From Octopus bimaculoides (lineage: Eukaryota): 58,138 nt of DNA. The stretch spans positions 54,855,110 to 54,913,247 of the forward strand of contig NC_068982.1 in NCBI RefSeq assembly GCF_001194135.2, in the 5' to 3' direction. Both the position numbers and the translations under genes were made by a program. The notes under the pieces are model-generated. The model was not told where the DNA came from. It worked only from the letters and a program-made list of their open reading frames with translations, and did not search any database. How positions within the stretch are numbered: the stretch's first letter is position 1; every line of letters begins with the position of its first letter. Below, in pieces: positions 12,294 through 25,422 of this stretch.

Positions 12294-14795
12294 GTGTGTG
12301 TGCCCATGTGTATGTATGGATGTATATATACATATATATTTTTGTGTGTGTATGTGTGTGTGTTTGTTTGTGTGTGTTTGTGTGTGTGTGTGTGTGTATG
12401 TGTGTGTTTGTATGTAGTATGCTTGCATGTATGTAAATTTTTAAACCAATCGCTTCTACTATGTTTGCTAGGTTAATCAGTCGCCACCTACTTTCCATTG
12501 CCGCTCAGCATGAATCTGCACATTCCAGGACAGGAGAGGAATGACGCTTCATATTGAGACTCGGAGCTATGTCGTCAACGAGTTTAAATAAACGTTTTTG
12601 CTTCTACTCCTACTCCTGCTCTTAGTTTAGAAATCCGATTTTTATTCGTCATTCAGTCCTTTTTTTTTTTTCTTCAACATCTAACGTAAAAAGGCTCTAA
12701 TTGCCATTTTTTTATGTGACCCAGGCCCGTATGCTTTTTTTTTCTTTCTTGATTCTCTTTTCTTTTCTCTTTTCTTATCACCTTCCAGCTGTTCTTTATG
12801 TTTTCTTGCACTTCCCACTTGTATCCGACGAATGACTGTCTGAAACTTTATAATTTTACTCTAACTTTTTTCCTATTAACTGTGAACGTCCCTTGGACTT
12901 CTGTAGTTGTTTTTTGTTTTTATGAATTTAATCTTTTTATGTATGTCTGTGCTTGTGTGTATGAGTAAAAGACTGGTTTTTCACGGGCATAACAGAAGTA
13001 GCTAAGTCCTCTTCGTTTCTGTTATCAGCGGTCGAAAATTGCTGATACCTTGAACAATTCGGCTCTTATGAAAGTGAAATTGGTTTCAGACTGATTTGGG
13101 GACGCTGATTTCAAATGTTTCAATTTGTGTCTAACACCCAAATTTCAGTCGCTATGCACTATAGGCCAGAAATATGAAATTCCTCATTTGGAACATTTTA
13201 GGAAATGCTACTACATCTTCATTTCAATCCAGTTTATTAATTTAAAATTGAAATAGCATCTGCAACAAATTTTAAAATGGAAGACAGTTAGTGTCTTAGA
13301 AAACGTATTTGCCACAAGCATCTAGTTTCTGTGTTACAGAAGTGGAATAAAGAGAGCTAATCTCTAAGGTAATAGGTTAGTAAAAAGGTATAGATACTTC
13401 TACCAGCATAAACCATACAGATTAACTGAGAAAGTTGTTGGCATAGATTTTTTTTACATAAAATATCAATGACAATAGCTATTAACAGAGGAATAAGGCA
13501 GATATAAACTCCTAAACCTCCCTCTTATGTACAATAACCTGTAAGGTTTGAAAGTTTATGGGACTGAGAGAATAGTTTGAAAGATTTCCTCTACTAGTCT
13601 GTACATAATGCTAACCTAGATGATTGTAGGCATCTGATTCTTTATTTATTTCAGTATTAGTATTAATTGCAACCTCAGGCGATTATTCCTAATTAAAACT
13701 AATCTTTATTTATAAACTATCAACTGTATTTATAGTTTGTCTTTCATTACTAAGTTAAACTTGTAATTTAATATGCCTTTAGCGGTTTTGGTGTAGGAAG
13801 AGAATATTTTACGTATTTTGGAAGGAAACTCGCCGAACAAGATAGACTATATCCCCTTATTCTGCTTGCCAAACTTGTGTCGTAAAACTAAAGAAATGAA
13901 CCATAGATAAAACCTGTCCCAGACTATCAGCTATTAGGCACACCATTTAAGTGATATTTGATGTACTATACTGGTTTTTTAGCTGGAATGTGCAAGAATC
14001 AATAAAGTTGTATTATAACATAAGCCACCTTTTAAAAGAAACTTTACAAACTACGTCTAATTTCATTCATATAAAAGTTAGTGCTCTACCTAAATGTCAA
14101 AGTCCTGCATCTTTGCTTAAAACAGCTATTATGTCATATGACTGCAACAACTGATATACAATACATGTATTTCGTATGCACTATATTGCTAAGATATGAA
14201 AAACCCTTTCCTGAAAATCATTGGCACAAATTCTAACAACAGATTTGAAATCAGCGCCCAAAATTTATATAAGATGATCGCCTTTCATAAAGAAAATAAG
14301 CAAATGATCATCATAAATCTGCTGCACAGGTACTGTCTGCCTGGACGTTTTCCTCAATTTAAATTGAAAACTATGGCCAACAAATTTCCTTGGGATATTT
14401 AATCCTGTATCTTTTGCTTTATATATTAAAATCCACCCAATGTCAGTTTTCGCTCATCATTCATACAGGCCTATAAAATAAGCGTAGATGTCATACTCAA
14501 GTGATTTAATCTGCTATATCATCTACTCAAATCGGTAGTCGTAAATCAATGTTAGAAACCTTTTAATAATGAAGAACATAGTAATAAATTAAATTTATAG
14601 CATATGATCTTTTCTTTAGAGCTTGTATATTTCCGAGATAATGGGGAAAGGACGAAAATGAACATCTGAAAAACAGAGAAATCTGGAAAAATAAGTAACG
14701 TTATACTTATACGGAAAATTCATCTACAGAAGCTAAGTGAATCAACAGTCATTTTTGACAGTATGTGATTGTATATGAGAGCATAGGTATGTATG

Positions 14796-14829
<34 letters not shown>

Positions 14830-15042
14830 TGTATGCATGTATGTGTATATGTATGTATGTATGTATGTATGTATGCATATATGTATGACTATATGTACAC
14901 TTATATGTACGTATTTAGCAACAGTCTATGTATCAGCTAATCTGTCTGCCATACCGTATACGCGAGTATTTGAGTACAAATACTCGCATATACATGAATA
15001 TCTATCTATCTATCCATCTATTTACCTATCTATTTATCTCTA

Positions 15043-15076
<34 letters not shown>

Positions 15077-15159
15077 CCTATCTGCCTATCTGTCTGTCTG
15101 TCTGTCTGTCTGCACATATATATATATAATACAAAGAATATATATGCATGTATATACAC

Positions 15160-15345
15160 ATATATGTACATACTTACATCTACATGTGTATATAGATGCA
15201 TATCAGGGTACAGGACGTTAGAACAATGAACTACAGACCACGGAACGAACACATAGGAAAGCAGATAGCCACTTGGAATTAATCCTTCGTCAGCTGCCTC
15301 TATTCTAACTAGATGTTTCGAAGATAAGGCAGAACGTATCATCGA
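15160..15345 (-). repeat. PLE-like terminal repeat copy A (inverted)
   Basis: Reverse complement of 15866-16050, near identical. Confidence 0.75.
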
Positions 15346-15410
15346 ACGCACGCGTCCTTTTTGCAAGTAAGTTTGAACTTTATTATTCTGACGCGACTCT
15401 ATCAATCTAT

Positions 15411-15452
<42 letters not shown>

Positions 15453-15865
15453 GCCTTTCTCTATCTATCTATCTATCTCTCTCTCTATCTATCTATCTAT
15501 CTATCCCTCTATCTATCTACCTATCTACCTTTCTTCTTACCCATCTCTGCCTCTCGCTCTGCTTCCTTCTGTTGTCCTGGCTTCCACTTCACTGCTATAC
15601 ACATCTCTCTCTTCCTCCTTGTTCCACCTCCTGTCTGTACCATCCTCTCTGCTCACGTGTGACCTGTGGTCAACTCTCTTTTCACTCCAACCACTATGAA
15701 GGCGAGACGAACTGTTAACGTTCAACATCAAATTCGCGTTTGGCCGTACGGCTTTTTAATGTTGTTTTCACTGTCCAATTTTTCCCTGTCTTGGTTTGTG
15801 TTTGCCACCTTGGAATCCTCTGTTTAGTGGGTCGATCCACTACTCAGGAAGAGACTATTCTAGAG

Positions 15866-16215
15866 TATGCCTTATCTTCGAAACGTCTAGTTAGAATAGA
15901 GGCAGCTGACGAAGGATTAATTCCAAGTGGCTATCTGTTTTCCTATGTGTTCGTTCCGTGGTCTGTAGTTCATTGTTCTAACGTCCTGTACCCTGATATG
16001 CATCTATATACACATGTAGATGTAAGTATGTGTATATACATGCATATATATTAGTTAGAATAGAGGCAGCTGACGAAGGATTAATTCCAAGTGGCTATTT
16101 GTTTTCCTATGTGTTCGTTCCGTGATCTGTAGTTCATTGTTCTAACGTCCTGTACCCTGATATGCATCTATATACACATGTAGATGTATGTACATATATG
16201 TGTGTATACATGCAT
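15866..16215 (+). repeat. PLE-like terminal repeat, tandem copies B (15866-16050) and C (16052-16215)
   Basis: Direct repeat tagttagaatagaggcagctgacgaaggattaattccaagtggc...tgtagatg occurs twice. Confidence 0.8.
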
Positions 16216-16456
16216 ATATATTCTTTGTATATATATATATGTGTGTGTTTGTATGTGTTTGTGTGTATGTGTGTCTGTGTGCTGTGTGTTATCGGATTTA
16301 TGATAGTTGTATGTATGAGTGTAATGTTTGTTTACATTATAAACTACAAACAGACATACAGTCAACCACAGAGAAATTGAATGGCGGGATGGATCAACAG
16401 TCAGTATTGTATATGCAATGAATATGAATGTAAGAGGGCGAGTATATGTATGTGCA

Positions 16457-16491
<35 letters not shown>

Positions 16492-17943
16492 ATGTATGTA
16501 TGCATGCATGCATGTATATGAATAGGCGTGTATGTTTGTATGTCGGCGTTAAAGGATCTTCTGAAAATCCGTGAACTAGATTTCATTGATCTTTTTTTAA
16601 CTGCCAATTTCCCCTGACATTTCAAAAGCGGTATCACGTGAATATATTAAACTAAGCACCTGAAAAAAAAAGAGACATTCAAGCTTTCAATAGCAATGAC
16701 ACCTGTAAATTTCATTGTCTTAAAGTTAATTAGTCAAATAAAGATTCTAGTTCAGCATATATGAATGTCAAATAAAGTAAGTATTCAAACGAGCGTGTTT
16801 GTCAGTTTGTGACGTTGCCATCATTGTATACATACGTACATAATACATACATACATACATACATATATGTGTGTGTGTATATATATATATGCACATTTAT
16901 ATATACATTTGAATATATATATATATATATATANNNNNNNNNNNNNNNNNNNNNNNNNNNNNNNNNNNNNNNNNNNNNNNNNNNNNNNNNNNNNNNNNNN
17001 NNNNNNNNNNNNNNNNNNNNNNNNNNNNNNNNNNNNNNNNNNNNNNNNNNNNNNNNNNNNNNNNNNNNNNNNNNNNNNNNNNNNNNNNNNNNNNNNNNNN
17101 NNNNNNNNNNNNNNNNNNNNNNNNNNNNNNNNNNNNNNNNNNNNNNNNNNNNNNNNNNNNNNNNNNNNNNNNNNNNNNNNNNNNNNNNNNNNNNNNNNNN
17201 NNNNNNNNNNNNNNNNNNNNNNNNNNNNNNNNNNNNNNNNNNNNNNNNNNNNNNNNNNNNNNNNNNNNNNNNNNNNNNNNNNNNNNNNNNNNNNNNNNNN
17301 NNNNNNNNNNNNNNNNNNNNNNNNNNNNNNNNNNNNNNNNNNNNNNNNNNNNNNNNNNNNNNNNNNNNNNNNNNNNNNNNNNNNNNNNNNNNNNNNNNNN
17401 NNNNNNNNNNNNNNNNNNNNNNNNNNNNNNNNNNNNNNNNNNNNNNNNNNNNNNNNNNNNNNNNNNNNNNNNNNNNNNNNNNNNNNNNNNNNNNNNNNNN
17501 NNNNNNNNNNNNNNNNNNNNNNNNNNNNNNNNNNNNNNNNNNNNNNNNNNNNNNNNNNNNNNNNNNNNNNNNNNNNNNNNNNNNNNNNNNNNNNNNNNNN
17601 NNNNNNNNNNNNNNNNNNNNNNNNNNNNNNNNNNNNNNNNNNNNNNNNNNNNNNNNNNNNNNNNNNNNNNNNNNNNNNNNNNNNNNNNNNNNNNNNNNNN
17701 NNNNNNNNNNNNNNNNNNNNNNNNNNNNNNNNNNNNNNNNNNNNNNNNNNNNNNNNNNNNNNNNNNNNNNNNNNNNNNNNNNNNNNNNNNNNNNNGTAGA
17801 ATGTTCTCTATGTGGCTTGTGTGTTTTCTCGTCTACGTTTTGTTTGCAATGTCCTGTACCCAGATATGCACCTATACATACAGGTGGATGTCGGTACGCA
17901 CATACCTGTACGTATATATGCATATACTCATTTACTATTTGTT

Positions 17944-17975
<32 letters not shown>

Positions 17976-18288
17976 TCAACGTCGACTTTCCGGACACCGG
18001 TGGCGGCCTGCATCCTCTTATAATCCGCAGTAGTTTACAAGCAGGGACTTCAAATGACCGAGATCGCCAGATTAGTTAGCTGGTACCATGGATGGATTAA
18101 ACCCGCAGAGTACAGTATTAATAAACTTTTCTATTGTACAGGCATCTGTGTTTCAATTAAGTAAAGTAAATTTAATATTTGTTTAATTAAAAATGTTTTG
18201 ACCAAACACTCTCGATGCAGAAATATCAAAACTCCGGAAAGCCTTAGGAATCAAATGTTCCGGAAAATCGATGATGCACTTGTATATA

Positions 18289-19300
18289 CAGGATGCGTAA
18301 GTATTTTTTTTTCTTTTTTTTTTAGGTCGTTTGTATGAGTTTCAATAATCTTGAGAAGACTTTAATCATACCTGTTGAATGAATCCACCATTTCAATCAA
18401 TAGCTGCTTCAGTACAGGACCGGAATTGCTGAAATGTCGGAATCAGATGGTCTTTATCAATTTTGGACATAGTACTGTTTATTGCGGACTTGAGTGATTG
18501 TATGGTGTTATGGAGGGGTGTTAATTGACCTCTCTCGACTTCGCCTCACATGTAACTGTCCAGAGGATTGATAGCTGCTGAGCCTAGAGGCCAGGTGACT
18601 GGGAAAGCGTGATCATAGAGGTTGAAACACATTCACGTTTTAGTTGTCCTAGCCTTATGAGACGTCACTGAGTCCTTTCGGAAGACTTATAGTCTTCCGT
18701 TGCGTACCTTATCTATCCAGGGCCATAACTTTCTCCAACACCTCTGTGTAGACAGCGGCATTGACTCATAGGCCCCGTTTAAAAAAAGTGCGATTGCATG
18801 GCATCTCTCTGGCTTCTAACCACTCACAGAACGATCACAGTTGTTGGGAACTTGGTGCGCATGACCGTTGGAACTTCATTCGGGTCTCTGCATAACCATC
18901 TGTCGTTCTTTCGGTTTACCATTTGGTCCTGGTCGAAGGTTTACTCATCGAAGAAAAACCAAAGCATTTTAGTCCCTCAGTGTTTTAATTTGTTTAGTAA
19001 GCGCTTTGCACGTATCGAACGATTCTCTCTCGTCACATCTGACATAGGCTGACCTCCTTCCGCATCACATACGACTTGTACCTGATGTTCTCATGAACAA
19101 CTCTTCTGGTTGTGATTTCTGAAGCTTGAGGTACTCTGAAATGGTTCTCAGTGATTTTTCGGGGTTTTATCGATTATTTCTTGGACTCTTTGTACAAAGT
19201 TATGTGTTCTGATGGTGTTAGGACACTGTGCACGCGTTTTGTGTTTAGAAAATATTAGTTCGTTACGGATGGGCAACATCACAGTTTGTACTTAGGAGTA
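18289..19300 (-). mobile_element. maT (DD37D) Tc1/mariner transposase remnant
   Basis: FFDE (D at 18947-18949)...NRKNDRW...FRKDS (D at 18672-18674)...INPLDSY (D at 18558-18560): exactly 37 codons between the 2nd and 3rd D. C-terminus FRSCTEAAID*NGGF; TIR-like TA-caggatgcg at 18289. Confidence 0.85.
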
Positions 19301-19429
19301 AAGAAAATCCCACGATGAGTTTATTATAGAATGTACAAAATCAGATTAGCGTCAAGGAATGTTGTTTTCACATTTTACTGGACTTGAATGATGATGTAGT
19401 ACCTATGACTTACGCAAGCCTTCTCCTAC

Positions 19430-19815
19430 CCTATGGTCCGGTCCTTGTTGTGCTGTGGTGGTTTGTATGTCTCAACGACCATAAGAGTTATGCCAGTGGA
19501 GTTCAAGCTCCTAGCAGGGCCTCCCGTGCTGCACAGGTCAAAGGACAGAGGCCAGATTAATATGGACCAACTCTTCACATAGGTAAATATAATGTTTGCA
19601 TAGAGCCAACTCACCTACGTAAATAGAGCAGTTACAGAAGCATTTGGGAGAGGATGGCTTTCCCTCATATGCGCAAAACCGAAAGGAAGCTAGCCAAAAT
19701 AGCAGGGATCCAATTGGAGAAAAGCAGAAAAGACAACCCCAAAGTCGAAAACAGTGGAGAAAAGTCGTCAAATGGACTATGTTCCATAGGGAGCGAAGGG
19801 TTTAAGTAGTAAGTA
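19430..19815 (+). mobile_element. RTE-clade LINE remnant (5'UTR-like part plus 3' end)
   Basis: QSRKQWRKVV..NGLCSIGSEGFK* followed by a taagtagtaagta tail is typical of RTE C-termini. Confidence 0.55.
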
Positions 19816-20687
19816 TGATGGCCCACCTAGACCGGAGATTAATACCATTAGGGTTCTTTTTGAACCTTGGAATGCCAACATCAGCAAAACAAAATATGGG
19901 CACAAATGGGGAAATCGAGAAAGCCAACGTTCTGGAATGGACAAGGGTATTGTGAGTAGTTCAGGCCGTTTGTGTTGGACACAGCAAGGGCGACGAGAGA
20001 AGGAAAAATGAGTTGGTTGGAGATACCTCAGTAGAGGTGGCAGGAGTGCTTTCACCTCTGAGAAGCAGAGGCCATTATGGTACTGGTAAAACGACAGAGA
20101 TTGATAAGAAAATGCACGCCCGAAAGTCGAAGGCTAGTGAATTTATGCTAATCTGACGCTTCAGATTATTGGAGAGCCAATTAGCTGTTGATCTTTTATA
20201 ATTGAAAATTGTACAAATCAAGATAAGGTGCCTAACATTGTTTACGAGAGTAAAAACAATCTCAGACGCATATGCCGCTATATTTATTTTGCATTATTTT
20301 TTTAGACTACCTATTGTATTTAATGCGAAATAATATTAAAGTGAATATAATGTAATATGTTTATTTTAAATCGCTATCATATGTCTTCCCAGCTGCAATT
20401 ACATCTATTTAAACTTTATTTAAACATGTTATCTCAGATCTAGTCATTGCCAAAAATGTATAACTACGAAGTTACTGAAGAGCTGTTTAAACACAATTTC
20501 TGTAACAATGATTAACTTGACACGATTTAGGTATCTAATAATCTCACACTGTCTACGCATAACTGAAAGTGGTGGCCACTTTGATGCTAACCTTGCCAAT
20601 CTAAAGGGCAATTATACAATGTAGCTGCACTTCTTTAATGCGAGCTAAGCTATGCATTAATTAGTAACACTGATATTAATTGTAGGT

Positions 20688-20899
20688 TAGGCGGCAAGCT
20701 GCCAGAATCGTTAGCACGCCGGGCGAAATACTTAGCGGCATTTCGTCTGTCTTCACGTACTGAGTTCAAATTCTGCCGAGTTTGACTTTGCCTTTCATCC
20801 TTTTGGGGTCGATAAATTTAGTACCAGTTAAGTACTGGAGTCGATGTAATCGACTTACCCCTCTCCTAAAATTTCAGGCCTTGTGCCTATAGTAGAAAG
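20688..20899 (+). mobile_element. Full-length tRNA-derived SINE (family A) with 16-bp TSD
   Basis: Head aggcggcaagctgccagaatcg, B box gagttcaaattct; gatattaattgtaggt is duplicated at 20672-20687 and 20900-20915. Confidence 0.9.
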
Positions 20900-20964
20900 G
20901 ATATTAATTGTAGGTAATTAATATTATATACATACAAATATATATGTATGTGCGTATACATATA

Positions 20965-21130
20965 GGGAGAATTCACGAAAAAACAACAGACGAAGGCAGG
21001 TGGTGTAGACAACAAATGGATGTATTAGTATAACGCTCAGGAATAGAGAAAGTCTTTAACGTTTCGAGCCTACGCTCTTCAACAGAATGGAACACAGAAA
21101 GAAACAAGGAGAGAGAAAAATGTGTGTAGT
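20965..21130 (-). repeat. PLE-like terminal repeat with degenerate hammerhead-like core
   Basis: Minus strand ctgttgaa-gagc-gtag-gctc-gaaacgtt at 21052-21087, next to a (TA)n tract. Confidence 0.45.
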
Positions 21131-21150
21131 GGTCAAAGATCTATCATGGC

Positions 21151-21212
<62 letters not shown>

Positions 21213-21683
21213 GCATATATATGTGTGTGTGTATGTGTGTTTATTTGTATATATACATTTATACATATATGTGCGTATATCTGTGTATGTATGCATGTAT
21301 GTACATGTATAACTCTTTGTACGCTTGTGTACCTTTGTGTGTGTCTACGCGTTGTGTGCGTTTATTATGTTAGGCAGTACAATCTTAGTTCGTTTAATCG
21401 AGATGTTCAATTAGTGAGCGTTCAGAATGACTTAAAAGACCTAAGATCTATGTGAATTAAATAATCTGGGAAATTGGACCACAAATACACCAGTCGAAGA
21501 AAATGTGGAATAGTAATATTTAAATGTTTCGGTGCGTCAACATATATCATGTTAACATATTATCAAGTCAGCGTTAAATCTCCCTTCATCCTACGTTTTA
21601 TGCATCAGATCGTTTACATTATATGATATGGGATTTTTAATTATAAGCATTTCAATTCCTGATTTGTCCAAAATCCATATATA

Positions 21684-21880
21684 CAGCGTTGGCCAAAAGT
21701 CACCTGACAGTAAATCAAAACCATTTAATTCCAAGATTTATTTATGTTTAACAGCTGAATGAATTTAATAAAAGCATCTAAATATGAAACATCATGAAAG
21801 TTGTTCAAACTGAAGTCCTTCTTGAGCGACACATTTTTTCCATTCGAATCAATACAGAATTACAGATAGTATTTATGGAA
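21684..21880 (-). mobile_element. Tc1/mariner-superfamily 3' end
   Basis: Minus strand CVAQEGLQFEQLS* (cf. C...GGHFE.L); TIR-like TA-cagcgttggccaaaagt at 21684. Confidence 0.55.
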
Positions 21881-24800
21881 TTTTGATTTACTGTCGGGTA
21901 ACTTCTGGCCAAATCCTGCGTAGAATTTACCTTGGCTTTTAATAAGAGTTTGTTTCAAACGCAAAATGCTGACCTTAAAAAGTGGATTTAAGAATGTTAA
22001 TCTTGGATAGAAAAAGAGAATTTGCACCTCTTCAAAACTCAGGGCCCCCATTGGTGTAATTGGTAACGTGTTCATCTCAAATCTTTTAGATACGAGATTT
22101 GAGTCTTCTGAAAAGGACTGCTCTCTTTTTATTCTCTGTTCAACAATAGAGTTTTTAAATGTCTTATAGAGTGAGCGCGCGTGTTGTATGTACATGACTG
22201 CGAAAATGTGCACAAACGTGTGAATGTTTGTGTGCGAGTATGTGTACATGTGTGTGTGTACTTGTGTGCATATATGCCTCTATGTCTGTATGTATGCTTC
22301 TAAGTACTATATATATATATGAATGTATGTATATGTGTATGTACGTATGTGTATGTATTTATACCTCCACTTAATCATCCGCGCATTCTATCGTATAATG
22401 TTTCTGTATTCAATCAAGTATTGCAACGCATTGAAGAAAACTGAGAATCTCAAACTAACCAGTTCCTTTGAGAGATGTGTAGATTTAGTGATTTATCTGT
22501 AGTAAGATTTGGCATCTTATCAGTCATTTATTTGAAAGCAAGGTTACAAGGGAACTAAAATAGAGACAAAGGTATCTTGAAAAATATTCCAAGTTGTTTC
22601 AGGGAATGTATTTTTGTATACCAACAAACAGGCTGCATGTATTTTCATTAGCTTTTTTACATTGATTTTATACTATCTCCTCGTTGACTGGAACATCATA
22701 TTTGACATTCTTGCCTTGCCCTAAAGTATTCATAAAGTTAACCTAGTTTATCAATTAATTAATTAATTTATTTATTTATTTATCTATTTATTATTTTGCA
22801 TTCTCAAAACATTTCTCTCTTTTTATTGCTTTTTTCTTTGCGAAACAAAAGTTTTCGTTAGTATGGTGTATGTATTGGAAGGTACGTGAGAGGACTTACG
22901 TATGTATAAATGTATGTATGAATGTATGAATGTATGTATGCGCGCGCGTGTGTATGTGTGTGTGCTTGTGTATATGCATGTATGTTAACTTCCTAGAAAA
23001 ATAATTTGGTTTCTTACAACGAAACATAGCTTCATCTCTGGAGTTTGGGGAACAACTGCGACGAAAAGTTTCATGTATTTGGGGAAAACCTTGCTAATTT
23101 TTTGCAGCTGTTCTTACAAATTATATTTGCAAAATACGTATTAGCTGGTCTCGTTCTTTATCTAAACTCCCTAACCTTTCAAAATAAGAACTTAGATATT
23201 TAGAAATACAATCAACGCACCAATAATTATCTGGTCAAAACCAGATGTCGCAATATATGTTTTGGATAGAGAAGCAATGTCTTTCTAAGCAGTTGCCAAT
23301 CGTCAATGAATTTGGCAGAATTGTTCAGTTCGAGAGAGCAGCTGCTTTTATGAGAATATTCTGGTTATTAATTGAGCATTCAGCAATAAGAATATTTTCT
23401 ATATTCCCAGGACAGTCTTTCTCACTGATAGCATTGTATATTGTTTTATTTACAGCATCCCTTCGCAAGTACTACCGAATTTTTTATGGCTACTTTTCAT
23501 TGTCATACTTGCTGAAAATACTGCTAAATCCATTTATTTCTCAACATTGTAAAAATTGACTGTAAACATCTTAAGATTATCATAAAGTTATTAATAAGAT
23601 TGAAATTCTTCTTTAAAAGCTACAAGTTGACAATTACCGGAAAAAACATGGACAGTGTGAGAATTTCAAGCGGCTGACATCTAGGAAAACATATTTTGGG
23701 TTAAGTGGTTAGTACTGAACCTAGGGATGGTCACAATGTGGGTATGCCGAGAGTTGGATAGACGAGTAAGTTAGGAATGCTTAAGTGGAGGTCAGGTGAA
23801 GCTAGCCAGCTCCTAGGACAGGAAACACTGAAGTAATGCGACAGACAGTGAGGTGACAATATACCAATGGGTCAGAGATTGACGCGTTTTTGTGTATGCC
23901 TCCATATGTGAAGTAATAAATCTCTGTCTATTAGCAGCACCGTTTCAAATAAGAGAGCTGTATTCTATTGTGGATCTTACTCAAGTTTTTGTAAACAGGG
24001 AAACGAAGTATTTTCTGACCCTACATAGTGTTTGTGATGCAGGCTGTGTTATATTGAGAATATGAGATCACAAAGAGATATCCTCAATAATGTTGAGACC
24101 GATGCTTTGCAACGAGCTTGAGAGTTCTTGTTGGCTACTTTTCACATTTAGGGATATGGGATACGATATTACTCCCTTGTTATATGTAGTGATTTTGTCT
24201 TTTTGCTGTTGTAGAAGGTCGGATTGGCATAAATATATTGAAGAATGTTTTCCAGATCTCATTGCAATTTTAGCATGTTTTAGTTGTATGTAGATAACAC
24301 TTGTATGATGAAGATATGAATATATGATGTATACAATCGTGCAAACATGTACATATTTTACTGACAAAGTCATGCATACATGCGTGTATGTGCGTGTGGA
24401 CATGTGTGCATGTCTGTGAGTGTATGCTTCTTTCAAGATGATTTAAGTTCCACGCAAAACTCAAGCCGGTGACTAAATGTAAGTTATTTCGTTTGAGTGT
24501 GTTGTTAACTGGTTCGTTCAGTATTCACGAAAAGCACGAGTCACACACATCTTACAGCCAAAAACGCACTATAAGACTCGTAACGTTTCATTACAAAATC
24601 TGTAGAATATTGTGCGATGAGATTTGATTGCTTTTTAATGTTTATGATATTCTCCATAAGCCTTCAAGTTGCCTCGAAAGAAAAGTGAAAGATGTATCTG
24701 TTGTGGAAAGATTCTGACCCCACCACACACACACACACACCACCACCACCACCACCACCACCAAGTGACTGAAGGTAGACTTACAAAGAACTATGAGCGA

Positions 24801-24935
24801 TTGGCAGTTCGGGTTGGTAAGTAGTTCATTGCAGCCATTAATATAAAGCGGTGAGTCTCGTGTAATGTTAATAGTAGTGCGTCGTGTATATACTTTCTTC
24901 CCTGCTGCTTCGATATATTATATATCCAAGACAAG

Positions 24936-25422
24936 GAGAGAAACTCTCATGTTAGGTTTTGGTGCAAAATGCACTTTTGTTAATATCGCTAGCAGGGAGA
25001 TAAATCCCCGCCACCTCCAGCGCTGAGACCACCAGATTACGTGATTTCGGCCTTCCTTGGTCTTATCAATTAGGGATATAAACAAGAGCGCATTTTGCAC
25101 CAAAATCCACGTTTAAGTGGGGATAAATATTACTTATTGGTATCAATATTACCTCTAACGCTAATAAATATTTTTTTAACAAGCTCCCTGGCTAATTGCG
25201 ACACCAAAGCCTGTTCTGGCACAATTATTCTATATATCGTCGGCAGGGAGGTGAATCGCTGCTATCTCTAGCGATCGAGCGTCCATCATTGAGAAAACCG
25301 AGGAAGGTCGAAATCAAGTGATCCGGTGGTCTTGGTGCTGGAGATGGCGGAGATTTATCTCGCCGCTGGTGATATAAACAAGAGTGCATTTTGCACCAAA
25401 AGCCAATGTGAGAGTTTCTCTC
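24936..25422. repeat. Foldback/MITE-like element with ~126-bp inverted arms
   Basis: 24936-25061 is the reverse complement of 25297-25422 (roughly 80% identity by eye); internal direct repeats gatataaacaagag.gcattttgcaccaaaa and aagtggggataaatatta. Confidence 0.8.

Noticed and set aside
13085-14270. Inverted motif gg.cgctgatttcaaat at ~13098 and ~14243 suggesting DNA-transposon subtermini
   Set aside because: No true TIRs or TSD found around it.
20688-20899. tRNA gene
   Set aside because: tRNA-like A/B boxes belong to SINE heads; there is no complete cloverleaf and a TSD is present.
23245-23559. 104-aa non-repeat ORF that might be a membrane protein
   Set aside because: No recognisable motif or splice signals; the opposite strand has many stops. 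Possibly decayed TE sequence, but unassignable.
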